From assembly GCA_000002435.2 (NCBI GenBank), contig CM018792.1: 64,000 nt of DNA; one strand, written 5' to 3'. Within the stretch, counting starts at the first letter, position 1, and each line of letters opens with the position of its first letter. The notes beneath the pieces were generated by a model. That model saw only the letters and a program-made list of their open reading frames with translations, was not told where the DNA came from and searched no databases. Shown piece after piece: positions 30,183 to 40,312 of this stretch. The translations under genes and the position numbers were made by a program. Source of the stretch: Giardia intestinalis (Eukaryota).

Positions 30183-31061
30183 TTACAACAACTCGCCGAT
30201 AGCGTTGCAACCCAGCTTGGTGCCGAGAAGTTCAAGGGTTCTGCGCTTAAACACGTTAGTTGTCAATGTGATGCCCATGCGATTGCGTAGCTTTGTAACG
30301 GCGGCTTCATACGCAGCTGAGTCAGAATTCTTCAAGGCCAAGAGGCACTCATAGATAAACTCTCCTTCGGGGGACCCCACAAGCGTCGGGTCTTGCTTCT
30401 CAAACCTAGAAAGAGCGTCCCTAAGCTGGGCCTCTTCCTGGAAGAAGGTCATGCAGATAAACGATGAAAAGAAGAAATGCTTGGCCGAGTCTCGAAGAGC
30501 AGGGGTCTGAATGCACTCTATGGCAACGTCTTCAAAGATAGATGCGCTTATCTCGTAGTTACTACCAAGACAGGCGCCAAGCTCTGCAAGGCGGATTCTG
30601 CAATTCCGATGTTCGTTAGCCGAGGCGCAGTCATGCTTGAAGGCAACCTCAGCCTTAGCGTAGAGGGCGTATGCTTCTTCGTAATCTTCATGGTCTTCTG
30701 AAAGAACGGCCAGATCCTGGAGGACCTTCCCGGCCTGGGAGTAGCTTCCAATCTGCATGGCAACTGTGGCCAATTGCTTAGCGGTAATGATGGCTAACTG
30801 GAGGTGGTCTTCCTTGTACACTGAAATGGCCGAGCTGTAAAAGTCCAGGGATAGATGCGGCTTCTCATGGGAAAGGCACAGAGAGGCGCACTTCTCGTAA
30901 AGCTCGCCGGCCTTGAGATTGTTTTTTGCAAGCTTATACATGTTTCCCGCCTTCTCGTAATTGTCCACCGCCGCATCCACTGCTCCTTCCTCCTCAGATT
31001 CTTTTGCCAGCATCTCTTCGGCGATCTGGATGTACGCCTCCGCCTGCTTTGCATAACTCAT
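30183..31061 (-). CDS. alpha-SNAP-like TPR protein (soluble NSF attachment protein, 292 aa)
   Basis: Its length and helical TPR-like repeats resemble alpha-SNAP, including the N-terminal A(E/D)xxxKA..YxxAG(N)xY segments and repeated YEEA/ASLCL hairpins. ATG at 31059-31061 behind an AT-rich leader. Confidence 0.6.
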   Translation of the reverse strand: MSYAKQAEAYIQIAEEMLAKESEEEGAVDAAVDNYEKAGNMYKLAKNNLKAGELYEKCASLCLSHEKPHLSLDFYSSAISVYKEDHLQLAIITAKQLATVAMQIGSYSQAGKVLQDLAVLSEDHEDYEEAYALYAKAEVAFKHDCASANEHRNCRIRLAELGACLGSNYEISASIFEDVAIECIQTPALRDSAKHFFFSSFICMTFFQEEAQLRDALSRFEKQDPTLVGSPEGEFIYECLLALKNSDSAAYEAAVTKLRNRMGITLTTNVFKRRTLELLGTKLGCNAIGELL

Positions 31062-31089
31062 GTTTTAATAAAAGAATGGTATTCACTCC

Positions 31090-34000
31090 TTAAAGCATGG
31101 AAGACCCGTAATCCTGGCTCAGAAGGGAGGTCGATGTTTCGTCTGGATGGAACCTCCTGCGAGGGCTCTTCTTCATGGGCCCCTTCCGATTTCTGAAAAG
31201 GAAGAACCAGACCAGAACCCCAGCAACGGAGCCTCCGACAACCACCAGGACGGCTATGGTTATCCCCGCTATGGCTCCAGTGGACATCATCTTACCGGCG
31301 CTCTCTGTGGTCAGGCAGATTACCGAGACGGGATTCTCGTTTGTTCCATTCGTCAGCGGAAGAGTGCAATACTTGCATCCGGGAACACCGACGATTCCAT
31401 CCATGGGTGTGGTGTCGGAACAAGGGCGGCAAGGGCCACTGGCATCGCCAGAGAAGGAAAACGACGCGAAGTACTCATCTTTGCAGCTTTTGCACGTACT
31501 TGGTGATCCCTGCGTGCAGCTTTCGCACTCTGCAGCACAGCTTACACACTCACCATTGACCAGGGACCAACCGGGCTTGCACTCATCGCAAGTTGTCACA
31601 ATGTTGCAGCTGGCGCAGTTTTCGTTTTTACATGCAGTACACGTCCCAGCAAGGTTGCTATATCCTATCTTGCAATAGCTGCAGCTCCCACTAGAGGCCA
31701 TGGAGCAAACGTCCCTACCGGGTAACTTCGATGTCTCGTAGCAGCCGCCTTCGTAGAGGAAATACCCATCGGCACACGCTAAGCACGCACCCTTGGAGTA
31801 GCGAGAACACTCACTAGCCCTCGTAGCTTGGGACTTACATTCTCCGTTGACCGGAACAGAGGTCTGGCTTTGGCACTGGGAGCAGTATTTTGTCTTGGAT
31901 ATCATAGCCCCACAGGACTTGCATCCATCCACGTTGATTCTGCACTCCTCCTTACAGCCAGACGCACCCATTCCGTTGAGGCTATGAACCTTCCCCTCTA
32001 CGCATGAAAGACACTGGGTGCTTTGGGGACCCTGACATGTTTTACAGTCCGCATGACACGGCAGACACTGCGTCTGGTCACCACTCAAGTATGTTCCATC
32101 CTGGCAGAGGCTACAAGCGCGACCTAGCTGCGACACGTCACAGGTTTCACAGTTGTCTATTGCACATGGAACGCAGCGCCCGTCAAGAGGAGTGTGGTGA
32201 TCTGCGCATTCGCAGACCATCTGATTATAGAGGAGCGAGGGCACGCACATCCCTGTACCTCCACACGTACTGTCTGCACAGGTGGTCTTCATGCAGTGCT
32301 TGAAGATATACTCCTCCGGAGGACGGATGTAGCCATCAGCACAGTCAGCGCACGTATCGCCTGCGTGACCCTCATTACACACGCATCTTCCACTTGTAGG
32401 ATCGCACATGCCTCCGCCGTTGCAGACCGTCTGCCCAGCCTCTGAGGTGGTTGTGCATCCGGAGGTAACACAGAAGTATGTAATAGAGTAGCCCGCGCTA
32501 GTATCGTCGATATTCTTATAGCCGCTTTCACAGGTGCAAGAGAACTCCTCCTGTTCCTCGGAGTACGTACACTTCCCGTGGCCACCGCACTCGTAACCCT
32601 TGTCACCGATGGTAGATAAGCACATAACACTGAAACACCTATTAGGCTCCGTCCCAGGCGAATACCCAAGGTTACAGACACACTTGTACGAAGAATCCAC
32701 GGCAGTGCACTTCCCAAAGCCACTACATTCGATCTGCTCACCATCGTAAGTGTCTATACAATTCGAATGAACACACCTCCCATCAACGTTAGAAAATCCA
32801 TTGGCACATGCACACGAGTGAACATCATTTGTCGCAATGCACTCGCCGCCGCCACAGATAGAGGTCACTCCGTTTCCGTCCGTCTGCACACACTCAGAGA
32901 CTATGCACTGCGACTTGCCAACAAGCGAGTACCCGTTGTTGCAGACACAGAACCCACCAGTCGTAGTCTCCTTGCAGCTACCTTGATCGCTGCAAACCAC
33001 CATATCCTCCCCGACTTGGCCGCAGCAATCTGGATGAGGGCACGTATAGGAATCTCCGGAGGGCACTGCCGGGGTGTTGTTGTCACATGCACACATGTAG
33101 CCGGTCCACATCTGAATGCACTGACCCCTTCCGCCGCAGACAACATTATTTCCATTGACATCCCGAGTGACGCATTTCTTGGGAACGCATGTTCCATTAA
33201 CGTTCACGTGCTGTGCAGTGCAAACACAAGAGAAGCCGGTGCCATCGCCCTTGTCCACACAGGCCGCGTGATGATCGCCGCCACAGTAAACGTTGTTTTC
33301 ATCGATACATCCGGCACGAACACACATTGAAAGAGACGCGGTTTTGACGTACCCACTGTTGCAAGTGCACCCATCGGAGGTGCAGGTCCCGGCACCAGCG
33401 AAGCCGCACTCGAGGTACAGATTACCGATTAAGCCAGGGATGGCTTCCCCGGCATCGATCACAACAATGCACTGCGCCAGCGTGCAGTATGGGCCGGTTG
33501 CATAGTATCCCTCTCCACAGTGACACTCATAGCTCCCAGTGACAGGGTTGTAGAAGCAGTCACCGATACCGCTGCAGACATAAGAGAGACTAGGCTCCAC
33601 TCCTTCCCTATCGGCTCCATAGGCCGTGCACGCACTTGGAGCGCAGTAGTTTGAATTAATCAGGGTGAACCCTCGGTTGCACGCACAGGTGGCGAGTTCA
33701 GGGTGCGTCTCATTGGCCACACACGTCCCTCTGCCCTCCCCTCCACAAAGCACAGTCGTGCGGTCCAGAGGGTCATGGTATCCGCAACCGATAGGATAGC
33801 AGCTAGAGCCGCTACCAAAGTATGGATATTCGCAAACGCAACCCCAGTATCCGTAAGTGTCAAGGGCACAAATCCCCAGGCCACCACACATCACGGTGGC
33901 ATCTGTCTCTGGGTCCTGCGTCAGACATGCGTTGGACACACAAGTACCTTTGAAGTACGTGGACCCCGGCCCGCAGAAGCATGTGTAGTCTCCGTGGTCG

Positions 34001-35937
34001 TCTTGGAGGCAGTCACCGAGACCGTTGCAATAAGAATCAGGATTCTGCAGAACCGTCTCGTCTGTTGTTCCCTTAAGGTCCGGATTTAAACAGGCCTTGT
34101 GGATGCATGATGTACGGTATTGCACGTCTCCGAGTTCGCTCTTGATAGCATCCTCCACAGTCACAAAGTTGAATGGGTCCTCACAGCTACAGGTAGATGT
34201 GAGCGCAGACAAACACTGTGGGGCCCCCGGATCGTCTATATACATAGTGTGCCCATCAAGAAGCCCGCAATATAGGTTCAGGGGATATTCCGTCTTTGAA
34301 GGATACGTGCAGCCCCTGTGGACAACCAGGGAGCTGTTATAAGCTACCAAATACTGGCTCTTATCTGGAGTCTTACAGTAAAACACGGAGTCAGCGTCAA
34401 CGCCGTATTGCGAACAAGTAGCTCCTTGTACCCCGTTGCAAATCGTGGGAGGAGATGTGGTGGAATCAGAGACGCACGCGGCCGCGGTGCAAGCATCATT
34501 GATCATATAAGCCGCAGGAGGCCGCCGTTCAGTGTTGCACTCGTTGCAGAGCGTCCCCTTCGTGACGCCATCACATTGACAGATCCAGTTTTCTGGCTTA
34601 GATGCGTCTGCGCTGGACGATGAGATAGTGGCTGTGCCGTTGCCACTGCAAACCCAACTGCCACTGATGAGCTTGGTGGGAATGCACCGCATGCTACGCA
34701 ACGTGAAGCCAGAATTACATTGGCAGCCGTTGGATGTGCATTGCCCCGCTCCGCTGCAAGTCTTATTGACGATGGAATCCCAGCACCCGGGCTTGGCGCA
34801 GACGTTTGTGCCGTGAGCCTCATACCCCTCGTGGCACTTACAGCGGTATGCAAAAAGCCCTTCCAGCACACAGTCTCCGTTGTTGCTGCAGACAGTGTTA
34901 TCGGCAACGCAGCTCTTGGCAACGCACTTTCCATTAATCGTAGTACCCCGCTGATTGTCACACACTTCACAATAGTCGCCGCTGGAATAGCTCATCGGGC
35001 ACTGACAGTAGTACGTATTTGGATTCGTAGGGTCTTCGCCGCCAGACACGCATGCTCCAATATCACTGCATGCTAAAGCCCCATCATTCTGTCGACAAGC
35101 GGGTGCGGTACAATGACCATCGGTAAGTTGAACAAAGCCGCTGAGACATCTGCAACTAAACTGGCTCCCGCTGCTCTCACAGACGCCACCAGTTCCACAC
35201 TCAGTTGCTACGCCCGCTTGGGTGGAGACGCAATTCAGCGGGAGACACTTTGCCGTGCCAACAAGCTGGTACGGATAGCCGCAACGACAGATGTAGCCCG
35301 TGGTGAGCTCCCCAGTAAATGGGTGTTGCTGGATATTCTCAACGCACTCTCCACGGCCCTGGCAAGGCTCTGTGTCCTCCCCATCATAGCAGGACATCGC
35401 GACGCAGGCGCGAAGAAGAGGATCAATCTTCCCAAATCTTGGGTCACAGTTCTGGCACTGGGACCCCGTGTGGATCAGATTGCAGGAGCAGATGTACACA
35501 TCAGGTCTGACCCGGTCTGCCTCCGAGGCGCCGTTGAAGATGCAGATCCCCTGACCACTGCAGGGACGCTCCGTGGTCACCCCGCCGGCCTCCTCGTCAC
35601 CATAGCAATACGAAGAGACACAGCGGCCGGAATACTGGTAGAAGCCGACCGGACAGCTTCCGCACTCCCAGGCGTTCTTGCTTTTCAAGTAGAGACACGT
35701 GCCCCTGCCGCCGCACTCCAAGCCATCCTCAATGCAGCTCGGCGGGATGCAGTTCTCCACAAGGTTAACAAATCCGCGGGAGCAACTGCTGCAATCGTAG
35801 CCCGTCCATCCGGGGGCGCAGACGCAGCGGTAGACCTCTCCGATAAGCGTGCAGGTCCCGTGGTCCCCGCACTCATAGCCCGTATCACCGCACGGCGCGG
35901 CCAGGCCGACCGCCAACATAAGAGACACCTTCAGCAT
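31090..35937 (-). CDS. high cysteine membrane protein (HCMP family, 1615 aa)
   Basis: About 12% Cys, with CxxC and CxC repeats and EGF-like spacing throughout. N-terminal signal peptide. Single C-terminal TM (IAGITIAVLVVVGGSVAGVLVWFFLF). Basic cytoplasmic tail, not CRGKA. Confidence 0.85.
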   Translation of the reverse strand: MLKVSLMLAVGLAAPCGDTGYECGDHGTCTLIGEVYRCVCAPGWTGYDCSSCSRGFVNLVENCIPPSCIEDGLECGGRGTCLYLKSKNAWECGSCPVGFYQYSGRCVSSYCYGDEEAGGVTTERPCSGQGICIFNGASEADRVRPDVYICSCNLIHTGSQCQNCDPRFGKIDPLLRACVAMSCYDGEDTEPCQGRGECVENIQQHPFTGELTTGYICRCGYPYQLVGTAKCLPLNCVSTQAGVATECGTGGVCESSGSQFSCRCLSGFVQLTDGHCTAPACRQNDGALACSDIGACVSGGEDPTNPNTYYCQCPMSYSSGDYCEVCDNQRGTTINGKCVAKSCVADNTVCSNNGDCVLEGLFAYRCKCHEGYEAHGTNVCAKPGCWDSIVNKTCSGAGQCTSNGCQCNSGFTLRSMRCIPTKLISGSWVCSGNGTATISSSSADASKPENWICQCDGVTKGTLCNECNTERRPPAAYMINDACTAAACVSDSTTSPPTICNGVQGATCSQYGVDADSVFYCKTPDKSQYLVAYNSSLVVHRGCTYPSKTEYPLNLYCGLLDGHTMYIDDPGAPQCLSALTSTCSCEDPFNFVTVEDAIKSELGDVQYRTSCIHKACLNPDLKGTTDETVLQNPDSYCNGLGDCLQDDHGDYTCFCGPGSTYFKGTCVSNACLTQDPETDATVMCGGLGICALDTYGYWGCVCEYPYFGSGSSCYPIGCGYHDPLDRTTVLCGGEGRGTCVANETHPELATCACNRGFTLINSNYCAPSACTAYGADREGVEPSLSYVCSGIGDCFYNPVTGSYECHCGEGYYATGPYCTLAQCIVVIDAGEAIPGLIGNLYLECGFAGAGTCTSDGCTCNSGYVKTASLSMCVRAGCIDENNVYCGGDHHAACVDKGDGTGFSCVCTAQHVNVNGTCVPKKCVTRDVNGNNVVCGGRGQCIQMWTGYMCACDNNTPAVPSGDSYTCPHPDCCGQVGEDMVVCSDQGSCKETTTGGFCVCNNGYSLVGKSQCIVSECVQTDGNGVTSICGGGECIATNDVHSCACANGFSNVDGRCVHSNCIDTYDGEQIECSGFGKCTAVDSSYKCVCNLGYSPGTEPNRCFSVMCLSTIGDKGYECGGHGKCTYSEEQEEFSCTCESGYKNIDDTSAGYSITYFCVTSGCTTTSEAGQTVCNGGGMCDPTSGRCVCNEGHAGDTCADCADGYIRPPEEYIFKHCMKTTCADSTCGGTGMCVPSLLYNQMVCECADHHTPLDGRCVPCAIDNCETCDVSQLGRACSLCQDGTYLSGDQTQCLPCHADCKTCQGPQSTQCLSCVEGKVHSLNGMGASGCKEECRINVDGCKSCGAMISKTKYCSQCQSQTSVPVNGECKSQATRASECSRYSKGACLACADGYFLYEGGCYETSKLPGRDVCSMASSGSCSYCKIGYSNLAGTCTACKNENCASCNIVTTCDECKPGWSLVNGECVSCAAECESCTQGSPSTCKSCKDEYFASFSFSGDASGPCRPCSDTTPMDGIVGVPGCKYCTLPLTNGTNENPVSVICLTTESAGKMMSTGAIAGITIAVLVVVGGSVAGVLVWFFLFRNRKGPMKKSPRRRFHPDETSTSLLSQDYGSSML

Positions 35938-36131
35938 TATTTATTGGTGGTTAAATTTGCTGATTTATAGGCTTTTAGTGTGAACTTAAAATCGGTCGTG
36001 GGTGTCTGCAGTTGACCCACAGAGTTCCCTCTACACGCACGCAGTGACCGATTTTTCAACCCTGCCATCTGCGGCCAACTATCTTCAAAGCGACACGCCA
36101 AAGAAGAGCATCAAACCACGGGGTTTACTCT

Positions 36132-36443
36132 CTATCTGTAATAGTCTATCCACTGGACACGGACATCCTGGTTGGCCGGCACGTCGAGCTCGAAGATTGC
36201 CTCTTGTGGCCCCTGGCGCACGTCAAAGTCTCCCCGTTCCTTGGTAATTTCGCCGATCGTCACGTCGAGGCCCTCGCAGTTAGAGATTGCAATGGCCACG
36301 GTCAGGCGCGTGGCGCTGCGGAGCCGAAACTGCACATGCCCGATCCCTCCCGGACATGCTAGGCGAAGCACACTCCCGCTGAGCTCTGCCGTTGCCCCCT
36401 CTCGCGCGTTAACGACCTCGATCTCCCCCGGATTCCCGTCCAT
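36132..36443 (-). CDS. small hypothetical protein (~104 aa), strongly GC3-biased; weak roadblock/LC7-like resemblance
   Basis: ATG-initiated, with MDGNPGEIEVVNAREGATAELSG... sequence. Codon third positions are almost all G/C, like the neighbouring ribosomal protein genes. It shares an 88-bp AT-rich divergent spacer with RPL7. Confidence 0.4.
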   Translation of the reverse strand: MDGNPGEIEVVNAREGATAELSGSVLRLACPGGIGHVQFRLRSATRLTVAIAISNCEGLDVTIGEITKERGDFDVRQGPQEAIFELDVPANQDVRVQWIDYYR

Positions 36444-36531
36444 CTCGACTATTCTGGGAAGCCTGCCCAATAATATTGTAAACCATTTGAATTTGATTTC
36501 TAGGTGATTATTAGTTGAGCCCCCGAACGAG

Positions 36532-37239
36532 ATGCCTATCCCCGAGCTCGTCCTCAAGCACCGCAGGAAGGTCCAGCGTGACATCCGCTCAGCGGCCGAG
36601 CGCGCGACTGAGAAGGAGAAGCGGGCCGCGCTGGTCAAGGATCACGCGGTCAAGTCTGCCCAGGTCTACGCCCGATACTACATTGATCTCGTGGAGTCGG
36701 AGAAGAAGGCGCGCGAGAACGCTCTCAAGAACAACCAGCTCTACGTCCCCGACGAGCCGAAGGTGTACCTCGTCGTGCGCATACGCGGTATCGTCGGAGT
36801 CGCCCCCAAGGTTCGCACGATCCTGAGTCTCCTTCGCCTCCGCCAGATCAACAACGCAGTCTTCATGCGCTGCAACAAGGCGACGCTCAACGCCCTCCGC
36901 ATAGTCGACCATTACGTCACGTATGGCGAGCCCACCGTGGAGACCATCCGCAACCTTATCTACAAAAGAGGGTTCGCGAAGGTCAACGGCCAGCGCATCC
37001 CTATTGTCGACAACAATCTCATCGACGAGCAGCTCAGCAAGCACAACATCCTCTGCGCAGAAGACCTTGTCCACGAGATCTTCACCTGCGGCTCGAGCTT
37101 CAAAGAGGCAAACAACTTCCTGTGGCCGTTCCAGCTGAACTCCGCGGCTCTCAAGGACAAGCGCAACAACTTTGCAGAGGGCGGTGACTTTGGGTACCGC
37201 GGGAAGTACATCAATGAGTTTGTTGCCCGAATGATCTAA
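36532..37239 (+). CDS. RPL7: 60S ribosomal protein L7 (uL30)
   Basis: VYLVVRIRGIVGVAPKVRTILSLLRLRQINNAVFMRCNKATLNALRIVDHYVTYGEPTVETIRNLIYKRGF...EANNFLWPFQLNS is near-identical in pattern to eukaryotic L7. An AGTAAAC poly(A) signal lies 4 nt past the stop. Confidence 0.92.
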   Translation: MPIPELVLKHRRKVQRDIRSAAERATEKEKRAALVKDHAVKSAQVYARYYIDLVESEKKARENALKNNQLYVPDEPKVYLVVRIRGIVGVAPKVRTILSLLRLRQINNAVFMRCNKATLNALRIVDHYVTYGEPTVETIRNLIYKRGFAKVNGQRIPIVDNNLIDEQLSKHNILCAEDLVHEIFTCGSSFKEANNFLWPFQLNSAALKDKRNNFAEGGDFGYRGKYINEFVARMI

Positions 37240-37264
37240 GACAGTAAACGGTGACCGATTTTGG

Positions 37265-39517
37265 ATGGGGGACGGAGAGGCCCGGTACATCACCCGCGTG
37301 AGCCACACCTCTCAGCGGGCAGCAAAGCTCTACTCCGGGGTCCAGCGAGTCGAGTGCAAGACCCGAAGGCGGAAGGGACGCGCCTTAAAGGAGAAGCTGC
37401 AGCAGGCTCGGTGTGCCGCCTCGTCTGCAGATCTAGACCCCTGGCTCACTGAGATTGTTCCTGTGGCTGAGGTAGACATCGTAGAACCAGAGATTCTTGT
37501 ACAGGTCGAGGGGACATGCCCTGAATCAGCCGAAGGGCAGGTGCCGGCGAGTATCCTCCCACTGCTACAGACAAAGTTCCCCTGTGCAACCGAACAAGAT
37601 GCAAAGCTAGTAGCGCCCCTCCTTGATTCTGTCAAGCCCGTAATAATCCTCTCCAGCGAAGCTCCCCTCAAGTACATTACGCTGCCGTTACTTTTGGGAT
37701 CCCCCAAAGTGATGCTGTTTGTGTCCTCGAGCATCACGCGGCGGGAGTCTTTTCTCTACAGTGTTAATACACGAAAGCAGACAGGCGGGCCACAGAAATC
37801 TTATGGGGTTCACTGGGGATATGGATTCAAAAGTCTGGCAGAGTATATTCCATTTGCCGATATATCCTACTATTGCTCAATGGAGCAGATTGAAGCCTAC
37901 AGGCGTGCGCTATGGAAGAATACCCCCAGGGCCGTGGCTGACATGCTTGACACCAGATTTGTCTTAGCCGTTGCAATCTCGTGCCAGGACTTCCTCTCGT
38001 GCCCATTTCAGCATTTCCTCTCCCTTGTGAAGACCCCAGTTCACCACCTAGTCTTAGACTGGGACTCTCGACTCAGAGATATAGCCTTAAATCGGGCCGC
38101 TGCTTTATGTAAGCCTGCCCGACAGATTGTCGTTATAGAAAGGGCGCCACCAATTAGCCATGAAGTAGGTACACACTTGCAACTTAGACAGGTTTATGTG
38201 AAGACCTTTTCAGAGGGCATGCAGGTGCTTGCTGATAGTGGAAGGTTAACCGAACCGTCATCCATGCTTTGCATAGTAGACTCAACGAACATACTACACC
38301 CTAACAAGAGTGCTAGTGTCACAGACAGTGGAGCACTTTGTGTACACCTTAGCACACTTCTGGAATCTTGGACTATTGAGTACCTGGTGCTGTCAGCAAA
38401 GTATGAGCCCTTTGCCTTAAGCCAGATTGACACGCTGGTTTTGGATTGCATAGCTGTACCTACTCAGCTTGTCATTGATAGCATATGTCTTCGCAGTGGC
38501 CTTTCCACAATGAGAGGATTGACTTTTGTTGCTCAGATTGTTTCTCCTAATGCAGTTTTTCAACACATCCAAAGACTGCTGATCAAAAGTCTCACGTCCA
38601 TTCTTTATGGATTTCTGATTGGAAGCCTGCTTTCATCCCAGATCCGATCCACGACTGATGAGCATGTTGTTCTTAGCTTTCAGCGTCTGAGCTTCCAGTT
38701 GAGATTCTTGACAGGGCTAGTGGCTCCTCCTCTCGACGCAGATCTCTGGTGGAATGCTATGTCCGATGTAGCCGCATCCATGGGTCTGTCTCTGCATAGC
38801 TTCGGTCACGAAGTTTATACGTACAAGCTGCTAGGATCAATGAAGCAAGCGACCATTGAACGCAAATATCCTGTCTGCCAATTGATCAAGCAGGCATGCG
38901 AACTAGAAAGCACGCCAGAGCGTTTTACCATGCGAACCCTGCTCTGTCTTATGTCAACCTCTCCACCGAACGGAGTCCCCCTAGATCATGCAGATTTAGA
39001 GAGCCACCTAGCGGCTATCCACGACGCTGAATCGCAGATGGTATGCTGTCCACGCTACACTGAGCTTCCACCCTGCATATTGTTTTCCCGAACGTCGGTT
39101 GAAAATTCAGACCTCACATCTGTTAGCAACCGGTATGCTACCAAAGTTCTTGAGGATCTGAGAATGGGCCTGGACTCCCTGTTGGTTCAATTGATAGAAA
39201 ACTACAGCAAAGAGCTTAGAGATAGTGTACAGTCAGAGTACTCAGATCTCAGTAAGCATGCAGAAGCCGTGCCTTCTGTCAAGCTTTGGAAGGAAAGACT
39301 AGTTAGCCTGCAACGTGCAACCGGGAAGGAGTATAATCCAATTGCCGCATGCATTTCTCTGCTCGCTGAGGACTCCATGGACACTTACCAACTGCACACC
39401 ATCACCGCACTGAAACTATCTTTGGATCACGTTGCTGACCAATGCAGCTTATTCGCTGGAGTCGCTAAGCATATGCTTAAGGCGACTGACGATTTCTTCA
39501 ATCGTCTGAATGTCTAG
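37265..39517 (+). CDS. hypothetical protein (750 aa)
   Basis: Long ATG ORF starting 26 nt after the RPL7 stop. No recognised domain. Confidence 0.55.
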   Translation: MGDGEARYITRVSHTSQRAAKLYSGVQRVECKTRRRKGRALKEKLQQARCAASSADLDPWLTEIVPVAEVDIVEPEILVQVEGTCPESAEGQVPASILPLLQTKFPCATEQDAKLVAPLLDSVKPVIILSSEAPLKYITLPLLLGSPKVMLFVSSSITRRESFLYSVNTRKQTGGPQKSYGVHWGYGFKSLAEYIPFADISYYCSMEQIEAYRRALWKNTPRAVADMLDTRFVLAVAISCQDFLSCPFQHFLSLVKTPVHHLVLDWDSRLRDIALNRAAALCKPARQIVVIERAPPISHEVGTHLQLRQVYVKTFSEGMQVLADSGRLTEPSSMLCIVDSTNILHPNKSASVTDSGALCVHLSTLLESWTIEYLVLSAKYEPFALSQIDTLVLDCIAVPTQLVIDSICLRSGLSTMRGLTFVAQIVSPNAVFQHIQRLLIKSLTSILYGFLIGSLLSSQIRSTTDEHVVLSFQRLSFQLRFLTGLVAPPLDADLWWNAMSDVAASMGLSLHSFGHEVYTYKLLGSMKQATIERKYPVCQLIKQACELESTPERFTMRTLLCLMSTSPPNGVPLDHADLESHLAAIHDAESQMVCCPRYTELPPCILFSRTSVENSDLTSVSNRYATKVLEDLRMGLDSLLVQLIENYSKELRDSVQSEYSDLSKHAEAVPSVKLWKERLVSLQRATGKEYNPIAACISLLAEDSMDTYQLHTITALKLSLDHVADQCSLFAGVAKHMLKATDDFFNRLNV

Positions 39518-39567
39518 TCTCCTCCAATGAAAAGGCCTGACTGCCCACAATCACTTTACAACAAAAA

Positions 39568-40140
39568 ATGGGCAAAGTGGATCTGGGAGACCAGGCTATG
39601 GAGCTGAAGTTTGCTGGTAAACAGCTCGAGAACCAGGCCAGGGGACTGGAGAAAGACGTAACCAAGCTGCGAGATGAGGTTGCGCGACTTATCAACCAGA
39701 ACAATCGCGAACTCGCCAACACAAAGGCAAACCTCCTGGTCGCGAAGCAGAACCAGATAAACCAGCTTTATAAGCTCGCCGGTCAGATGGAGATCATGGC
39801 CACCCAAATGGAGATAGGAGGACTGATGATGGAGAACGCGAAGGAAATCAAAAAGGTGAACAAGAATGTGCAGAAAGCGCTGGCCACGATGGACACGAGT
39901 GCCCTTGCGAAGATTATGCACGACTTCGCAAAGACCGACAAGAACCTCTCCATGAACACTGCCTTCATGGGCCAGATGATGGGTGAGCAGACGAGCGCCA
40001 CCATGGACTCCCAGGTCGCCGCCAAGCTGATCAGGGAGATCGCGATGGAGCAGAGCATCGCGCTCCCGTCGTCGTTTGCGGACCTGACCGTCCAGCAGGA
40101 GGCCGCGGCGGAGCCCGAAAGAGCGGCGGAGATGGTGTAA
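39568..40140 (+). CDS. VPS46: ESCRT-III Snf7-family protein, CHMP1/Vps46 (Did2)-like
   Basis: MELKFAGKQLENQARGLEKDVTKLRDEVARLI aligns with CHMP1 FNLKFAAKELSRSAKKCDKEEKAEKAKIKKAI. The C-terminal TSALAKIMHDFAKT...MGQMM block resembles the CHMP1 C-terminal region. Size is 190 aa. ATG behind ACAACAAAAA. Confidence 0.75.
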   Translation: MGKVDLGDQAMELKFAGKQLENQARGLEKDVTKLRDEVARLINQNNRELANTKANLLVAKQNQINQLYKLAGQMEIMATQMEIGGLMMENAKEIKKVNKNVQKALATMDTSALAKIMHDFAKTDKNLSMNTAFMGQMMGEQTSATMDSQVAAKLIREIAMEQSIALPSSFADLTVQQEAAAEPERAAEMV

Positions 40141-40141
40141 A

Positions 40142-40224
40142 TGCACGCTGTGGGGTTCGAACCCACGCGGGGTCGCCCCCATGAGAGCCTAAATCTCACG
40201 CCTTAACCACTCGGCCAAACGTGC
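40142..40224 (-). tRNA. tRNA-Leu(UAG): tRNA-Leu (anticodon UAG), class II with long variable arm
   Basis: Minus-strand sequence is GCACGTT-TG-GCC-GAGTGGTTAA-GGC-G-TGAGA-TTTAGGC-TCTCA-TGGGGGCGACCCCGC-GTGGG-TTCGAAC-CCCAC-AGCGTGC-A. It has a 7-bp acceptor stem with one G-U pair. The D-loop is GAGTGGTTAA. The anticodon stem is 5 bp and the loop is TT-TAG-GC. The T-arm has GTTCGAA. The variable arm is long. The discriminator is A. Confidence 0.85.
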
Positions 40225-40312
40225 GCGCTCGCGCGTGGAGCCGGGAGGCAGGCGTGTCCGTATGCCTAACCAATTTGAATTCATTTCCGGGTCTGAAAAG
40301 ACAAGGCCCGCG

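Noticed and set aside
31147-35970. Many 60-285 aa ORFs on the plus strand across 31.1-36.0 kb
   Set aside because: All lie antisense to the 1615-aa HCMP gene. TGY/GCA-rich cysteine codons on the coding strand give open frames on the other strand.
36589-37308. 239-aa ORF antisense to RPL7
   Set aside because: It lies entirely within, and opposite to, a near-certain ribosomal protein gene. Long antisense ORFs are expected over GC3-rich Giardia genes because stop codons are AT-rich.
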